The position numbers were made by a program, and so were the translations under genes. A stretch of DNA of 64,000 bases, from positions 47,443-111,442 of the forward strand of contig JASEES010000002.1 of NCBI GenBank assembly GCA_030019395.1. The letters run 5' to 3'. This document shows positions 1 through 9,804 of this stretch, piece after piece. This DNA comes from Methanolinea sp. GTDB taxonomy: Archaea > Halobacteriota > Methanomicrobia > Methanomicrobiales > Methanospirillaceae. Each line of letters begins with the position of its first letter. The stretch's first letter is position 1. A model generated the notes under the pieces. That model searched no databases. It saw nothing but the letters and a program-made list of their open reading frames with translations, and was not told the origin of the DNA.

Positions 1-1
1 G

Positions 2-181
2 GGAGCAGACGCGGTGATCCTCACCAAGGCTGACATGGACTCCCGCGGCGGAGCGGCAATCTCCATTGCACACACAATCGGAAAGCCCGTCATGTTTCTC
101 GGTACGGGGCAGGGATACGACGATATCGTCCCGTTCTCCCCGGCAAGGGTCGTCGAGGAACTCCTCGGGGTGAGTGCCTGA
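2..181 (+). CDS. ftsY: Signal recognition particle receptor FtsY, C-terminal fragment (5' end lies outside the window)
   Basis: Frame 2 reads [45 protein letters not shown], the SRP-GTPase G4/G5 region (TKxD, closing GxGQ). The TGA at 179-181 overlaps the srp54 ATG by 1 nt. Confidence 0.8.
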   Translation, partial: GADAVILTKADMDSRGGAAISIAHTIGKPVMFLGTGQGYDDIVPFSPARVVEELLGVSA

Positions 182-1503
182 TGCTCGATCGCCTCGGGAC
201 GTCGCTCAAGGATGCAGTAAAGAAGCTCGCCGGCAAGACGGTCGTTGACAGGGCGGCCGTCGAAGAACTGGTCCGGGACCTGCAGCGGGCACTCATCCAG
301 GCAGACGTGAACGTCCGGCTGGTGATGCAGCTCTCGGAGGCGATCAAGAAACGTGCCCTCGAGGAGCAGCCGCCAAAAGGGATGACCGTCCGGGAACACG
401 TTCTCCGCATCGTGTACCAGGAACTCGTCAGGCTGGTCGGTTCTGCCGGCGAGGTAAAGCTGGAGCCCCAGGTCATCCTGATGGCAGGGCTCCAGGGGAG
501 CGGCAAGACCACCACGACGGCAAAGCTGGCCCGGTACTTCCAGCGCAAGGGGCTCCGCGTCGCGGTCATCTGCGCGGATACCTTCCGGCCGGGTGCATTC
601 GACCAGCTCAACACGCTCTGTTCACGGATCCATGTCCCGTGTTTCGGGAACCCCGGGGAGAAGGATGCCCTGAAGATCGTGAGGGAAGGCCTCAAGTCAC
701 TGTCATCGGCAGAAGTCATCATCATCGATACCCAGGGGCGGCACGCACTCGAGAGCGACCTCATCCGGGAGATCATCGATATCCAGGCAATTGCATCGGC
801 ACAGCACCGGTGGCTCGTGATCGATGCGGCCCTCGGGCAGCAGGCTGCCGAGCAGGCGCGGAAGTTCCACGAGGCAATCAGCATCGACGGTGTCATCATC
901 ACGAAGATGGACGGGACTGCCAAGGGGGGAGGTGCCCTCTCGGCAGTGGCAGAGACGCGGTCAGGGATCGTCTTCATAGGGAGCGGTGAGACGATTGATG
1001 ACCTCGAGAGGTTCGATCCCGACGGGTTCATCTCCCGGCTCCTCGGCATGGGTGACCTGAAAGCCCTCGTGGAGAAGGCAGAGGAGACGCTTGCGGCAGC
1101 TGAAGTGGACGTCAATGCCATGCTGCGGGGCAAGTTCTCCCTCCGCGACATGTACAACCAGCTCGAGGCAGTCACGCGTATGGGCCCGCTCAAGCAGATC
1201 ATGAGCATGCTGCCCCTCGGGAACATGGAGATACCGGAAGATGCCTACGATATCACCAGTACCAAGATGCAGCGTTACCGGATCATCATGGACTCCATGA
1301 CGGCGGCCGAGATGGACGACCCGTCTGTCATCGGGAGTTCGCGTATCCAGCGGATAGCGAGGGGGGCGGGGGCGTCCCCGGAGGAGGTGCGCGAGCTCCT
1401 GCGCTACTACAAGATGATGAAGAGGGCACTCAAGGGGGTCAGGGGCGGCCAGGGAAGGTTCAACATGCAGCGGATGCTGAAAAAGTTCGGCGGCGGGACT
1501 TAA
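181..1503 (+). CDS. srp54: Signal recognition particle protein SRP54
   Basis: 440 aa. P-loop [21 protein letters not shown] and [10 protein letters not shown] GTPase motifs, and a Met-rich C-terminal M domain. Confidence 0.95.
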   Translation: MLDRLGTSLKDAVKKLAGKTVVDRAAVEELVRDLQRALIQADVNVRLVMQLSEAIKKRALEEQPPKGMTVREHVLRIVYQELVRLVGSAGEVKLEPQVILMAGLQGSGKTTTTAKLARYFQRKGLRVAVICADTFRPGAFDQLNTLCSRIHVPCFGNPGEKDALKIVREGLKSLSSAEVIIIDTQGRHALESDLIREIIDIQAIASAQHRWLVIDAALGQQAAEQARKFHEAISIDGVIITKMDGTAKGGGALSAVAETRSGIVFIGSGETIDDLERFDPDGFISRLLGMGDLKALVEKAEETLAAAEVDVNAMLRGKFSLRDMYNQLEAVTRMGPLKQIMSMLPLGNMEIPEDAYDITSTKMQRYRIIMDSMTAAEMDDPSVIGSSRIQRIARGAGASPEEVRELLRYYKMMKRALKGVRGGQGRFNMQRMLKKFGGGT

Positions 1504-1509
1504 CCGTTC

Positions 1510-2088
1510 ATGATACGCATCGCCGTTATCGGGCACCTCGCCCGGACTGCCGGAGATTTCTCCCTCTCGGACATGCCGGGCGGCGCCGGCCGGATGGACA
1601 TCATGTGCAGGTGCATCAACTCTGCGTTTTTTCTCTCGCACAGCCTGCGCAGGGACGTCGAATGTTACCTTCTCCTCCGGGGGCCTCCCGGCCCGGACAA
1701 GATCGTCCGTTTCATGGGTGACCGCCTGCGTTCGCTCAACCCGGACGAAAGGAGTGCCGGTGCCCTGATCAGGAAGGCACTGGCAATTCCCGCGGGCACG
1801 GAGTTCCGGGAGTCCTCCCCCGGAGTAGAGGTGAAGAGGGGAGGTCCGGCAGACCTCGTTTCCATGGCGCCCTTCGCGGTCCTCGATGAGTCGGGAGAGG
1901 ATATCCGGGCATGCAGCAGCCTCCCGGAGAACTATATCCTCAGTGACCACCTCGATTTTTACCCCGAAGAGGATGCCCTCCTCAAAGGGCAAAAGAGGAT
2001 ATCCGTCGGGCCGGCCACGCTGCATGCTGACCATGCAATCATTGTCCTTCTCAACGAGATCGACCGCAGGAGGGCAGGATGGACGTAA
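1510..2088 (+). CDS. trmY: tRNA (pseudouridine54-N1)-methyltransferase TrmY (SPOUT, DUF358/COG1901 family)
   Basis: 192 aa. N-terminus MIRIAVIGHLARTAGDFSLSD..GGAGRMDIMCRCINSAFFLSH is typical of the family. The gene overlaps pus10 by 10 nt. Confidence 0.7.
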   Translation: MIRIAVIGHLARTAGDFSLSDMPGGAGRMDIMCRCINSAFFLSHSLRRDVECYLLLRGPPGPDKIVRFMGDRLRSLNPDERSAGALIRKALAIPAGTEFRESSPGVEVKRGGPADLVSMAPFAVLDESGEDIRACSSLPENYILSDHLDFYPEEDALLKGQKRISVGPATLHADHAIIVLLNEIDRRRAGWT

Positions 2089-3308
2089 CGGACCTTGCTT
2101 TACGCATCCTCGCCTACGGCGAAATATGCGACAGCTGCCTGGGCAGGTTCTTCGGGAAGCTCTCGCACGGCCTTTCCAACAGGGAGAGGGGGCGTGCCCT
2201 CCGCATCGCTGTTTTCCTGCAGGAGAACCGGCCCTTCGCGGAACCCGCCACCTGCTGGATATGCGGGGGCCTCCTCTCCCGCGTTCCCGAGTGGGCGGAA
2301 AGGGTGACCAGGGCCCTCCAGGGACTCGAGTACGAAAAGTTTGCCATCGGGACACGTGTGCCGCCACTCGTGGCGGAGAGCGAGGAGATCGTGTGGAGCG
2401 ATCTCGATCTTTGCCATGCCGAGCCCCTGAAGTCCGAGATGAACAGGGAGGTCGGGAAGGCCGTTGCACGCCTGACGGGAAAGACTGCAGACCCGGCCAG
2501 TCCCGACGTCGTTGCGATCCTCGACATTCCGGGGGAGACCGTTGAAGTCCAGGTCAACCCCGTCTTTTTCTGCGGCCGTTACTGCAAGCTGGAGAGGGGG
2601 CTTCCCCAGACACACTGGGACTGCCGGGCATGCAGGGGGGCGGGGTGCGAAAAGTGCGGTTTTACGGGGAAACAGTATCCCGATTCGGTCGAGGAGATCA
2701 TCGGGAGACCGGCAATACGCCTCTTTTCTGCTGAAAATGCCATCCTCCACGGGGCAGGGAGGGAAGATATCGATGCCCTCATGGTCGGATCGGGCCGTCC
2801 GTTCGTCATGGAGGTCGTCGCACCCCGCATCCGTTCCGTTGACCTCCGGGACCTCGAGGACGAGATCAACAGGGAAGCCGGAGGGAAGGTGACTGTTTCC
2901 ATCGAACGCTGGGGAAAAAGGGAAGATGTGGAAATTATTAAATCAGCCAAGGGTTATAAAAAATACAGGATCCTGGTCGAGATTGAAGGATCATACACAC
3001 AGGATGAACTTCAATCTGCAATCAGAGCCCTTAAAGGGGCAAAAGTGAACCAGCGCACCCCGCTGCGGGTCGCACACCGCCGTGCCGACCGCGTGCGGGA
3101 GCGACGGGTCATCGATATCCGTGCCCTGGGAGAGGAGAACGGCAGGGTCATCCTGGAGATCACCGGTGAGGCGGGCTTGTACATCAAGGAACTCGTCTCC
3201 GGGGACCAGGGGCGCACCCAGCCGAGCCTCTCCGGCATCCTGGGGAGACCTGCCCGGGTTTGCCAGCTGGACGTGGTCTACGTCCAGGGTAACAACGAGG
3301 GAGAGTAA
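2079..3308 (+). CDS. pus10: tRNA pseudouridine(54/55) synthase Pus10
   Basis: 409 aa. N-terminal Zn-binding CxxC pairs (CDSC..CWIC, then CRAC..CEKC) are followed by THUMP-like and catalytic regions (GREDIDALM, RTPLRVAHRRAD). Confidence 0.85.
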   Translation: MDVTDLALRILAYGEICDSCLGRFFGKLSHGLSNRERGRALRIAVFLQENRPFAEPATCWICGGLLSRVPEWAERVTRALQGLEYEKFAIGTRVPPLVAESEEIVWSDLDLCHAEPLKSEMNREVGKAVARLTGKTADPASPDVVAILDIPGETVEVQVNPVFFCGRYCKLERGLPQTHWDCRACRGAGCEKCGFTGKQYPDSVEEIIGRPAIRLFSAENAILHGAGREDIDALMVGSGRPFVMEVVAPRIRSVDLRDLEDEINREAGGKVTVSIERWGKREDVEIIKSAKGYKKYRILVEIEGSYTQDELQSAIRALKGAKVNQRTPLRVAHRRADRVRERRVIDIRALGEENGRVILEITGEAGLYIKELVSGDQGRTQPSLSGILGRPARVCQLDVVYVQGNNEGE

Positions 3309-3311
3309 GAC

Positions 3312-3602
3312 ATGGCACATCACAACGGCCCACGCAAGAAGACACGATACAAGTTCAAGAAGGATATCCGCAGGCAGGGAATCGTCCCTGTTACCTCGCT
3401 TATCCAGAAGTTTGACATCGGCCAGAAGGTTCATGTTGTTGTTGAACCCAGTATCCAGAAGGGAATGCCCCACCGCCGGTTCCATGGCATGACAGGAACC
3501 GTTGTCGGCCAGAGGGGCAGGGCCTGGCTCCTGTCCATCCGCGATGGTGGAAAGGAAAAGATCGTTATCGCCAGACCACAACATCTAAAAGCCCAAAGGT
3601 AA
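3312..3602 (+). CDS. rpl21e: 50S ribosomal protein L21e
   Basis: 96 aa. MAHHNGPRKKTRYKFKK...HRRFHGMTG is a characteristic eL21 sequence. Confidence 0.95.
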   Translation: MAHHNGPRKKTRYKFKKDIRRQGIVPVTSLIQKFDIGQKVHVVVEPSIQKGMPHRRFHGMTGTVVGQRGRAWLLSIRDGGKEKIVIARPQHLKAQR

Positions 3603-3637
3603 ACACTCCACAGGAGTATACCCGGGGGAGGCGTGGC

Positions 3638-3988
3638 ATGAAAGTAAAGGCAATTATCAGGGAGGAGAGGATCACTCTCCCCGAGCTCCGCGAGGTGCTT
3701 TCGAAAGTGGAAGCAGAGCGGATAGAGGCAGGCAGGGAGATGTCCTACGAACTGCGCAAGAGTATCGAGCATGCCAACCTCCTGTCAAAGACAACGAGCG
3801 AGAAGTCCCGTCTCCTGGTCACCGAACTGCAGAAACTCGAGAAGATGAAACCGGACATCGCGTTCCGCATCGCGAACATCATGCCAAGGACCCGGGACGA
3901 GCTGCGGGCGATATACGCAAAGGAAAAATACACGCTCCAGCCCGAGGAACTGGACACCATCATCGAGTTGGTCAAAGCCCATTTCTGA
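3638..3988 (+). CDS. rpoF: DNA-directed RNA polymerase subunit F (Rpo4)
   Basis: 116 aa, helical and acidic/basic. It occupies the conserved archaeal position between rpl21e and the DUF655 gene. Confidence 0.7.
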   Translation: MKVKAIIREERITLPELREVLSKVEAERIEAGREMSYELRKSIEHANLLSKTTSEKSRLLVTELQKLEKMKPDIAFRIANIMPRTRDELRAIYAKEKYTLQPEELDTIIELVKAHF

Positions 3989-3998
3989 AGGTGGCCTC

Positions 3999-4559
3999 AT
4001 GAAGACGGAAAAGAAGGAGATCTACGCTATAGTCCTCGATGTCCTTATGAAGGGGCATCCGGACGATCCCCGGCCGGTTTTCAAGCGGGAACCCCTTGTC
4101 CAGGCTGTCGGTGTTGCTCAGTTCAAGCTCCTCGAACTCGTCCCCAAGACAACGGATATCCAGATCCACGAGAACGTGTACATCGGTGACGGGGAGCGGG
4201 AGAAGATAGAGAGGGTCAAGCGCAGGATCAGTTACAACGATCTGACCCAGACTGCGAAACTCGAACTTCCCTTCGCCGTGGAGAGGATCGTGAAAGAGAA
4301 GGAGAGCGAGTTCGTCCAGTTCTTCAACAAGTCAATCTCCATCAGCCCGAAGCTCCACATGCTCCATCTCCTGCCCGGGATAGGCAAGAAGCTCATGTGG
4401 GAGATTCTCGGGGAGCGGGAGAAGAAACCCTTCGAGAGCTTTGCCGATATCAGCCAGCGCATCAAGTCGATCCCTCACCCGGATAAGATGATCATTGCAC
4501 GGGTGATGGAGGAACTGCAGGACCCCAACGTCAAGTATCACCTGTTCACGTCCCGATGA
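3999..4559 (+). CDS. DUF655/COG1491 family protein (predicted RNA-binding, with a helix-hairpin-helix)
   Basis: 186 aa. HhH-like LLPGIGKKLMWEIL. Sits in the conserved slot between rpoF and ksgA, with an ATGA overlap onto ksgA. Confidence 0.8.
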   Translation: MKTEKKEIYAIVLDVLMKGHPDDPRPVFKREPLVQAVGVAQFKLLELVPKTTDIQIHENVYIGDGEREKIERVKRRISYNDLTQTAKLELPFAVERIVKEKESEFVQFFNKSISISPKLHMLHLLPGIGKKLMWEILGEREKKPFESFADISQRIKSIPHPDKMIIARVMEELQDPNVKYHLFTSR

Positions 4560-5326
4560 GTGCACGATTCGACCAGCACTTCCTGGTGGACAGAAAGGCC
4601 ATCGAGCGCATTGCAGGCATCATCAGGGTGGAAGGGAGGACCGTCCTCGAGGTGGGACCGGGCCGGGGGTCACTCACGGAAGCGCTGCTCGAACGGGGTG
4701 CACGGGTCGTTGCAGTCGAGATCGACCCCGGCCTCGTGGAAATGCTCTCCGAACGGTTTTTGCGCGAAATCGGGGAAAACCGGCTCGTCGTCGTCCACGG
4801 CGATGCCGTCTCGTGTCCCCTGCCCGGGTTCGATGTCGTCGTCTCCAACCTCCCCTATTCAGCCTCTTCGAAGATCACGTTCCGTCTCCTCGAGACCGGT
4901 TTTGAAGAAGCAGTCCTGATGTACCAGAGCGAGTTTGCCGACCGGATGCTTGCACCGGCAGGAACCCCGGAGTGCGGGAGGCTCTCCGTGATGGTGCAGA
5001 CGTACTGTGCCGTGGGGAGGGTATTCGATGTGCCACCACAGGCCTTCTCACCGAGGCCCAAAGTCCGGTCAACGGTCCTCCACATCGTCCCCCGCGAACC
5101 GCTCTTTCCCATCAGGGACAGGGATCTCTATGCACGGGTGGTCAGGGCACTCTTTTCGCATCGCAGGAAGACCGTGCGTAACTCCCTGAAGAGTGCGGGG
5201 TCGATGCTCGAAAGCGGACTTGCGGAGTTTCTTGTCAAAAACCTCCCTGAAGAGATCCTCGCGGCAAGGCCGGAGGAACTGTACCTCGAGGATTTCGCGA
5301 CGATTGCAAACATGGGTGCATCGTGA
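4556..5326 (+). CDS. rsmA: 16S rRNA (adenine1518/1519-N6)-dimethyltransferase KsgA/RsmA (Dim1)
   Basis: 256 aa. FDQHFLVD, SAM motif VLEVGPGRGSLT, and NLPY motif VVVSNLPYSASS. Confidence 0.9.
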   Translation: MSARFDQHFLVDRKAIERIAGIIRVEGRTVLEVGPGRGSLTEALLERGARVVAVEIDPGLVEMLSERFLREIGENRLVVVHGDAVSCPLPGFDVVVSNLPYSASSKITFRLLETGFEEAVLMYQSEFADRMLAPAGTPECGRLSVMVQTYCAVGRVFDVPPQAFSPRPKVRSTVLHIVPREPLFPIRDRDLYARVVRALFSHRRKTVRNSLKSAGSMLESGLAEFLVKNLPEEILAARPEELYLEDFATIANMGAS

Positions 5327-5913
5327 GGCACTGGCAGGTCTATCCCCCGGACGATGATACGTTCCTCCTCCTCGGTGCAGCCCTCGCCCTCGTCGCACCC
5401 GGAGAACGCGTGCTCGAGGTCGGGTGCGGCAGCGGTTTCATTTCCGCACGACTTGCATCCCGGGCGGAAGTGACAGGGACGGATATCAACCCCCATGCAC
5501 TCAGGCAGTCGAGGCAGGCCGGGGTCACCGATGTCGTCCGGGCTGACCTCCTTTGCGGGATCAGGGGCCCCTTCGACACGGTCATTTTCAACCCCCCGTA
5601 CCTCCCCACGCGCCCCGAGGAGAGGGTGGACGGCTGGCTCGGGTATGCCCTCGATGGCGGGGAAGACGGGACAGCAGTCATCAGGAGGTTTGCAACGCAG
5701 GTGGGGCGGGTTCTTGCACCGGGCGGGCGCATCCTCCTCCTCGTCTCCTCGCTTTCGGATCCCTCCCGCGTCCGCGATACCTTCTCGGCGCAGGGTTTTT
5801 CCTGTTCGGTCTATTCGGAATACAGGATGGAGGGAGAGACACTCTTTGTCTTTGTCTTTACTGCAACCGGAGAGGGCCGGAAAGAGACCGGCAGGCCAGA
5901 GGAGTCTTCCTGA
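5323..5913 (+). CDS. HemK/Mtq2-like N5-glutamine (NPPY) methyltransferase
   Basis: 196 aa. VLEVGCGSGFIS SAM-binding motif and catalytic VIFNPPYLPT. Overlaps ksgA by 4 nt. Confidence 0.75.
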   Translation: MRHWQVYPPDDDTFLLLGAALALVAPGERVLEVGCGSGFISARLASRAEVTGTDINPHALRQSRQAGVTDVVRADLLCGIRGPFDTVIFNPPYLPTRPEERVDGWLGYALDGGEDGTAVIRRFATQVGRVLAPGGRILLLVSSLSDPSRVRDTFSAQGFSCSVYSEYRMEGETLFVFVFTATGEGRKETGRPEESS

Positions 5914-5943
5914 ATAGCCGGGCAGGAGCGTAAAAAAGGAGAC

Positions 5944-6081
5944 TTACTGCCTTGGGCGGAACGTCCGCGAAGGACACCGCTCTGCATCCCTGTCCGGCGG
6001 AGCGGGACCGTTGATACGGCACTCACCGTCCTTTCCGCCCTTTCCCGGGACGTAGAGGAAACAGTCACTGCACGTGGGCAT
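5944..6081 (-). CDS. Candidate 45-aa Cys-rich small protein, not in the ORF track
   Basis: My own translation: MPTCSDCFLYVPGKGGKDGECRINGPAPPDRDAERCPSRTFRPRQ. It has a CxxC plus two more Cys and G/C-biased third codon positions, and lies in an otherwise empty 330-nt convergent gap. I see no clear SD. Confidence 0.3.
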   Translation of the reverse strand: MPTCSDCFLYVPGKGGKDGECRINGPAPPDRDAERCPSRTFRPRQ

Positions 6082-6247
6082 GAGGGAGAGATGCCCGGTA
6101 CCGGGAGAAAAAAGTTGCGGAGGATCCCGGAGATCATCCCGGGATACCGGTTAGCAGAGTCCTGCAGCGGGTGGTGGAGCGGCTGTGGATCTTCCGGTGT
6201 TGCCGGGCCGGGAAAGGAACCAAACCCCTGCAGTCAGGGAGGGACTC

Positions 6248-6943
6248 CTACCGTGCCCTGGCCTGGACCCTCGGCTCGATGAGTGTCCAGATCCATTCGG
6301 CAAGCTCCCTGATGTTCTTGGTCTGGATGAAAACATCGCCGGGTCCCCGGATCTCCGTGACGAAACCTTCACCGCTCAGGAGGGTCTCCTTGATCCCCCC
6401 GAACTTCCTGACCTGGTACGTGCAGGTATCGCTGAATGCAACGAGGTGGAAATTGTCAACGATGAGGCTTTCACCCTCTTTGAGGGTGTGCTGGTCGATT
6501 GCCCCGAATGTATTGATGAAGAGGGTCCCCTCCCCGGTCGCCCTGATCATGAAGAGTCCCTGCCCGAACAGACCCTTTGAAAAGCCTTCCCATTTCACGT
6601 CGAGATCGACAGTTCCCTGCGAAGCGATGTAAGCAGATTTCTGGAGGATGCAGCCCTTTCCAGGGCTCACCCGGAGGGTCCCGATGTCGCCCAGAGGCGC
6701 TGCTGAAAATCCTGCCTCTCCTGCTGCCGTCGTGGCACAGAACTCGTTGACAAAGAAGCTCTGCCCTCCCGCGAGGGCGAGGCCAAGCGAACCGAGCAGG
6801 CTCTTTTCCCGCTTCTGCGTCCTGACGGTGAGGGTGGGCTGCATGTACGTCATGGACCCTGACTCGGCAGCGATGCTCTCGCCGGGGGAGAGGGTGACCA
6901 CAAGGAGCGAGTATGCGGGTCTGTACCGGATCTCGTATTTCAT
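6248..6943 (-). CDS. TIGR00266/AIM24 (DUF124) family protein
   Basis: 231 aa. MKYEIRYRPAYSLLVV.L..GESI.AESGSMTYM is the family-typical N-terminus. Confidence 0.8.
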   Translation of the reverse strand: MKYEIRYRPAYSLLVVTLSPGESIAAESGSMTYMQPTLTVRTQKREKSLLGSLGLALAGGQSFFVNEFCATTAAGEAGFSAAPLGDIGTLRVSPGKGCILQKSAYIASQGTVDLDVKWEGFSKGLFGQGLFMIRATGEGTLFINTFGAIDQHTLKEGESLIVDNFHLVAFSDTCTYQVRKFGGIKETLLSGEGFVTEIRGPGDVFIQTKNIRELAEWIWTLIEPRVQARAR

Positions 6944-7062
6944 ACGGTATCCTGTTCGGGGTACACACCCATAGATGCTTCCCCGGAAGGGAGAAGAGGA
7001 GAGGACGGGAAGAACCAGCCTGTGCCGGGTGATGATGGAAGGAAGGCCTGATTAAATCCCGG

Positions 7063-7842
7063 TCATCGCAGGATTTGCAGGAGCGTTGCGGCAATGTAGG
7101 CCGCGAGGGCGAAACCGAGCACCCCGACGAACACCTTGTCCGGCATGTTGAGCCGTTCCTCGCGGATCGGCGTTCTTTTCCGGGTCCGGTACCCGCGCAT
7201 ATCGATGGTAATCCCGAGGATATTTGCCCGGGAGAGGGCGTTTGAAACGAGCGGGACCATGACGGGGGCCACGCTCCTGATCCTCCCGACAAAACCTTTC
7301 CCGGTGGAATACCCCCTGGCGAGCTGGGCTTCGTGGATCTTCCGTGCCTCTATCTGGAGGGTCGGGATGAACCGGAGGGCAATCAGGAACATCAGGTTGT
7401 ATTCAATCGGAACCCGCATCTTCTCCAGGGTGTTGACGAGATCCCGCGGTTGCGTCGTGATGACGAAGATCTGGAAGGCCATGATGAGGATGGCGAACCT
7501 GAGCGTGAGGATGATACCCGCGTCCAGGGCTCCGGTTGTCACGGGAAGAAGGCCGCCGGGGAGGAGGTGGAAAAGAACGTCTCCTTCCGGCATCGTGACG
7601 AGCGTGATGAGGATGAAGATGACGCTCATTGCCAGGATCAGTTTCATCTGGTCCAGCACTTCGCGGAGAATGCGTCCCGCGAGTGCCATCACGAGGACAA
7701 CTCCCAGCAGTGCGCAGAGGAACGGGATGGAGAGGGAAAGGATCGCCATTATCCCGATGACAAGGATGAAGAAGATCTTTGTCCCGGGATGCATCCGGTG
7801 AAAAAGACCGTCCTTGTGAATGTACTGGAGGATTTCACCCAT
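7063..7842 (-). CDS. ecfT: Energy-coupling factor transporter transmembrane subunit EcfT (CbiQ family)
   Basis: 259 aa, polytopic. Conserved ARG coupling-helix signature (QLARGY). Lies directly downstream of the ECF ATPase. Confidence 0.85.
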   Translation of the reverse strand: MGEILQYIHKDGLFHRMHPGTKIFFILVIGIMAILSLSIPFLCALLGVVLVMALAGRILREVLDQMKLILAMSVIFILITLVTMPEGDVLFHLLPGGLLPVTTGALDAGIILTLRFAILIMAFQIFVITTQPRDLVNTLEKMRVPIEYNLMFLIALRFIPTLQIEARKIHEAQLARGYSTGKGFVGRIRSVAPVMVPLVSNALSRANILGITIDMRGYRTRKRTPIREERLNMPDKVFVGVLGFALAAYIAATLLQILR

Positions 7843-7848
7843 GGCCTT

Positions 7849-9285
7849 TCACGCCCCGTTCCGGGTGTCTGATACTATCCTGCCCGCTCTCATGGTCACG
7901 ACCCGGTCGGCACACTCCCGGGCCATCTCGTGGTTGTGCGTGACCATCACGATGGCCCGCCCCTCTGCCTGGAGCTGCCTGAGGATCTCCATGACCTCCC
8001 GGGATTCTTTCCCGTCGAGCCCTGTTGTCGGCTCGTCGAGGACGATCACCTTCGGCTGCATTGCAAGGACACAGGCGATCGCGAGGCGCTGGCGCTCCCC
8101 GCGGGAGAGCCATCGGGGATAGAGGTCACGGGCACCCGAGAGCCGGCACCGCGAAAGGACCTCCCCGAGGACTGCTTCGGGCTCCGGGATACCCAGGTTC
8201 GTGATTCCGAACATGACCTCCCCGGCAACGGTATCCGCAAAGAACATGTGGTCAGGGTTCTGGAAGACGAGCCCGACCGAGTGTGCCAGCTCTGACACGG
8301 GAGTGACCTTTGCGTCCTTTCCGTCGACAGTGACACTGCCCCTCGTTGCATGCAAAAGACCGATGAAATGCTTGATCAGGGTTGTCTTACCCGAACCGTT
8401 CTCACCAACGATGGCAACGAACTCCCCCGGGTACACGTCGAGCGAGACTCCTGCCAGCGCGGGGACATCACCATACAGGAACCCGAGGTCACGAACGGAG
8501 ATGACCGGATTCTCTCCCTCGTGTGGCCTGCAGGGGAACGAAGAACGTATCCCGGAAAAATCGGGTATGACAATCTCGGCGACCGACCTGTCCGTGATCA
8601 GTTCGCAGGGTGTCCCGATCGCCCGGAAACGTCCGCCCTCCATCACCACGAGGCGGTCCACGAGATCCCTGAAGTGGGAATACTTGTGCTCCGTGAGGAG
8701 TATCGTCTTTCCCTGCGCCTTGAGATCCCGGAGGACCGAGACGATGCTTGCAGTCCCCTCCTCGTCGAGCTCGGCTGTCGGCTCGTCGAGGATGAGGATA
8801 TCCGTCCCGAGGGCAAGGGCGGCCGCGAGCGCAACCCTCTGCTTCTGCCCGCCGGAGAGGGCGTGGGGCGGGCGGTCTTTCAGGGCTGCAAGCCGGGTAA
8901 TCTCGAGGATTGATGCAAGTCTCTGCCCGATTTCGGCAGGCGATAGTCCGCTTCTTTCGAGTGCAGAGAGGATCTCTTCCTCGACGGTGGTAAAGATGAG
9001 CTGTGCCTCGGGATCGTCAAAGACCACGCTCACGTGGGATGCAATCTCGGGTAAACCCGGGTATTCCCTGACATCTTTGCCGAGTATCGTGACCCGCCCT
9101 CTCTTCTCACCCCCAAATTCATGCTCGAGGATGCCTGATGCTGCCATGCACAGGGTCGTCTTCCCGGCTCCCGATGGCCCCGTGATCATGAGGCATTCGC
9201 CGGGTGAAACGGAAAGCGAGATGCCGGAGACTGCATCCCTCCCGCCCCTCTGGTACCTGTAGCTGACATCCTCGAGCGTAATCAT
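7849..9285 (-). CDS. ecfA: ECF transporter ATPase, fused duplicated ABC domains (EcfA1-EcfA2)
   Basis: 478 aa. Two Walker A motifs (GPSGAGKTT, GENGSGKTT), two ABC signatures (LSGGQKQR, LSRGERQR) and two Walker B motifs (ILILDEPT, VIVLDEPT). Confidence 0.9.
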   Translation of the reverse strand: MITLEDVSYRYQRGGRDAVSGISLSVSPGECLMITGPSGAGKTTLCMAASGILEHEFGGEKRGRVTILGKDVREYPGLPEIASHVSVVFDDPEAQLIFTTVEEEILSALERSGLSPAEIGQRLASILEITRLAALKDRPPHALSGGQKQRVALAAALALGTDILILDEPTAELDEEGTASIVSVLRDLKAQGKTILLTEHKYSHFRDLVDRLVVMEGGRFRAIGTPCELITDRSVAEIVIPDFSGIRSSFPCRPHEGENPVISVRDLGFLYGDVPALAGVSLDVYPGEFVAIVGENGSGKTTLIKHFIGLLHATRGSVTVDGKDAKVTPVSELAHSVGLVFQNPDHMFFADTVAGEVMFGITNLGIPEPEAVLGEVLSRCRLSGARDLYPRWLSRGERQRLAIACVLAMQPKVIVLDEPTTGLDGKESREVMEILRQLQAEGRAIVMVTHNHEMARECADRVVTMRAGRIVSDTRNGA

Positions 9286-9288
9286 GGG

Positions 9289-9804
9289 CTATCCCCTTGA
9301 AAGAACCCGGGTGGCAGGATAGTAGAGGATCTGGACGATGATTGCATTGAAAAACGCGGTAATAACCACGATGGGGACGAAGACAACGACAAACCCAAAG
9401 ACGGTCGAGTACTTGTCCAGTATCTTCGGGGCGACCGCGAGGAGTGCAACTGCCGCAAAGGAAAATCCGCTTGCGAGCGTGGTCACGAATGTCGTGACTG
9501 CGGGTGTCCCTGTCTTCTCCTTCAGGATGGCATACAGCCCGAAGCAGACCAGCGCACCGACAGGCTCGGAAATCAGGTTCGCCGGCGGGAATATCGAGCT
9601 CGAGATGAGCATGGAGAGGATTCCTGCAACGATTCCTATCCCGAGTGCCTCGTGTACCCTGGGCCGGACGAGGATGATCGCGAGGCAGTAGAATGCGATG
9701 ATCATGTTCGGGGTCAGCGGCGTGTGCAGCATAGCAAGGAAGTAGCGCAGGATGGCACCTATGGCCAGCAATATACCAACAATTGCAATGTCTCTTGATT
9801 TCAT
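9289..9804 (-). CDS. Probable ECF substrate-capture (S) component, substrate unknown
   Basis: 171 aa with about 5-6 TM helices. It is the first gene of the S-A-T operon, 3 nt upstream of ecfA. Confidence 0.55.
   Translation of the reverse strand: MKSRDIAIVGILLAIGAILRYFLAMLHTPLTPNMIIAFYCLAIILVRPRVHEALGIGIVAGILSMLISSSIFPPANLISEPVGALVCFGLYAILKEKTGTPAVTTFVTTLASGFSFAAVALLAVAPKILDKYSTVFGFVVVFVPIVVITAFFNAIIVQILYYPATRVLSRG

Noticed and set aside
961-2469. 502-aa minus-strand ORF, plus 90..1226 (378 aa)
   Set aside because: Both are antisense to srp54, trmY and pus10, all of which have diagnostic motifs on the plus strand.
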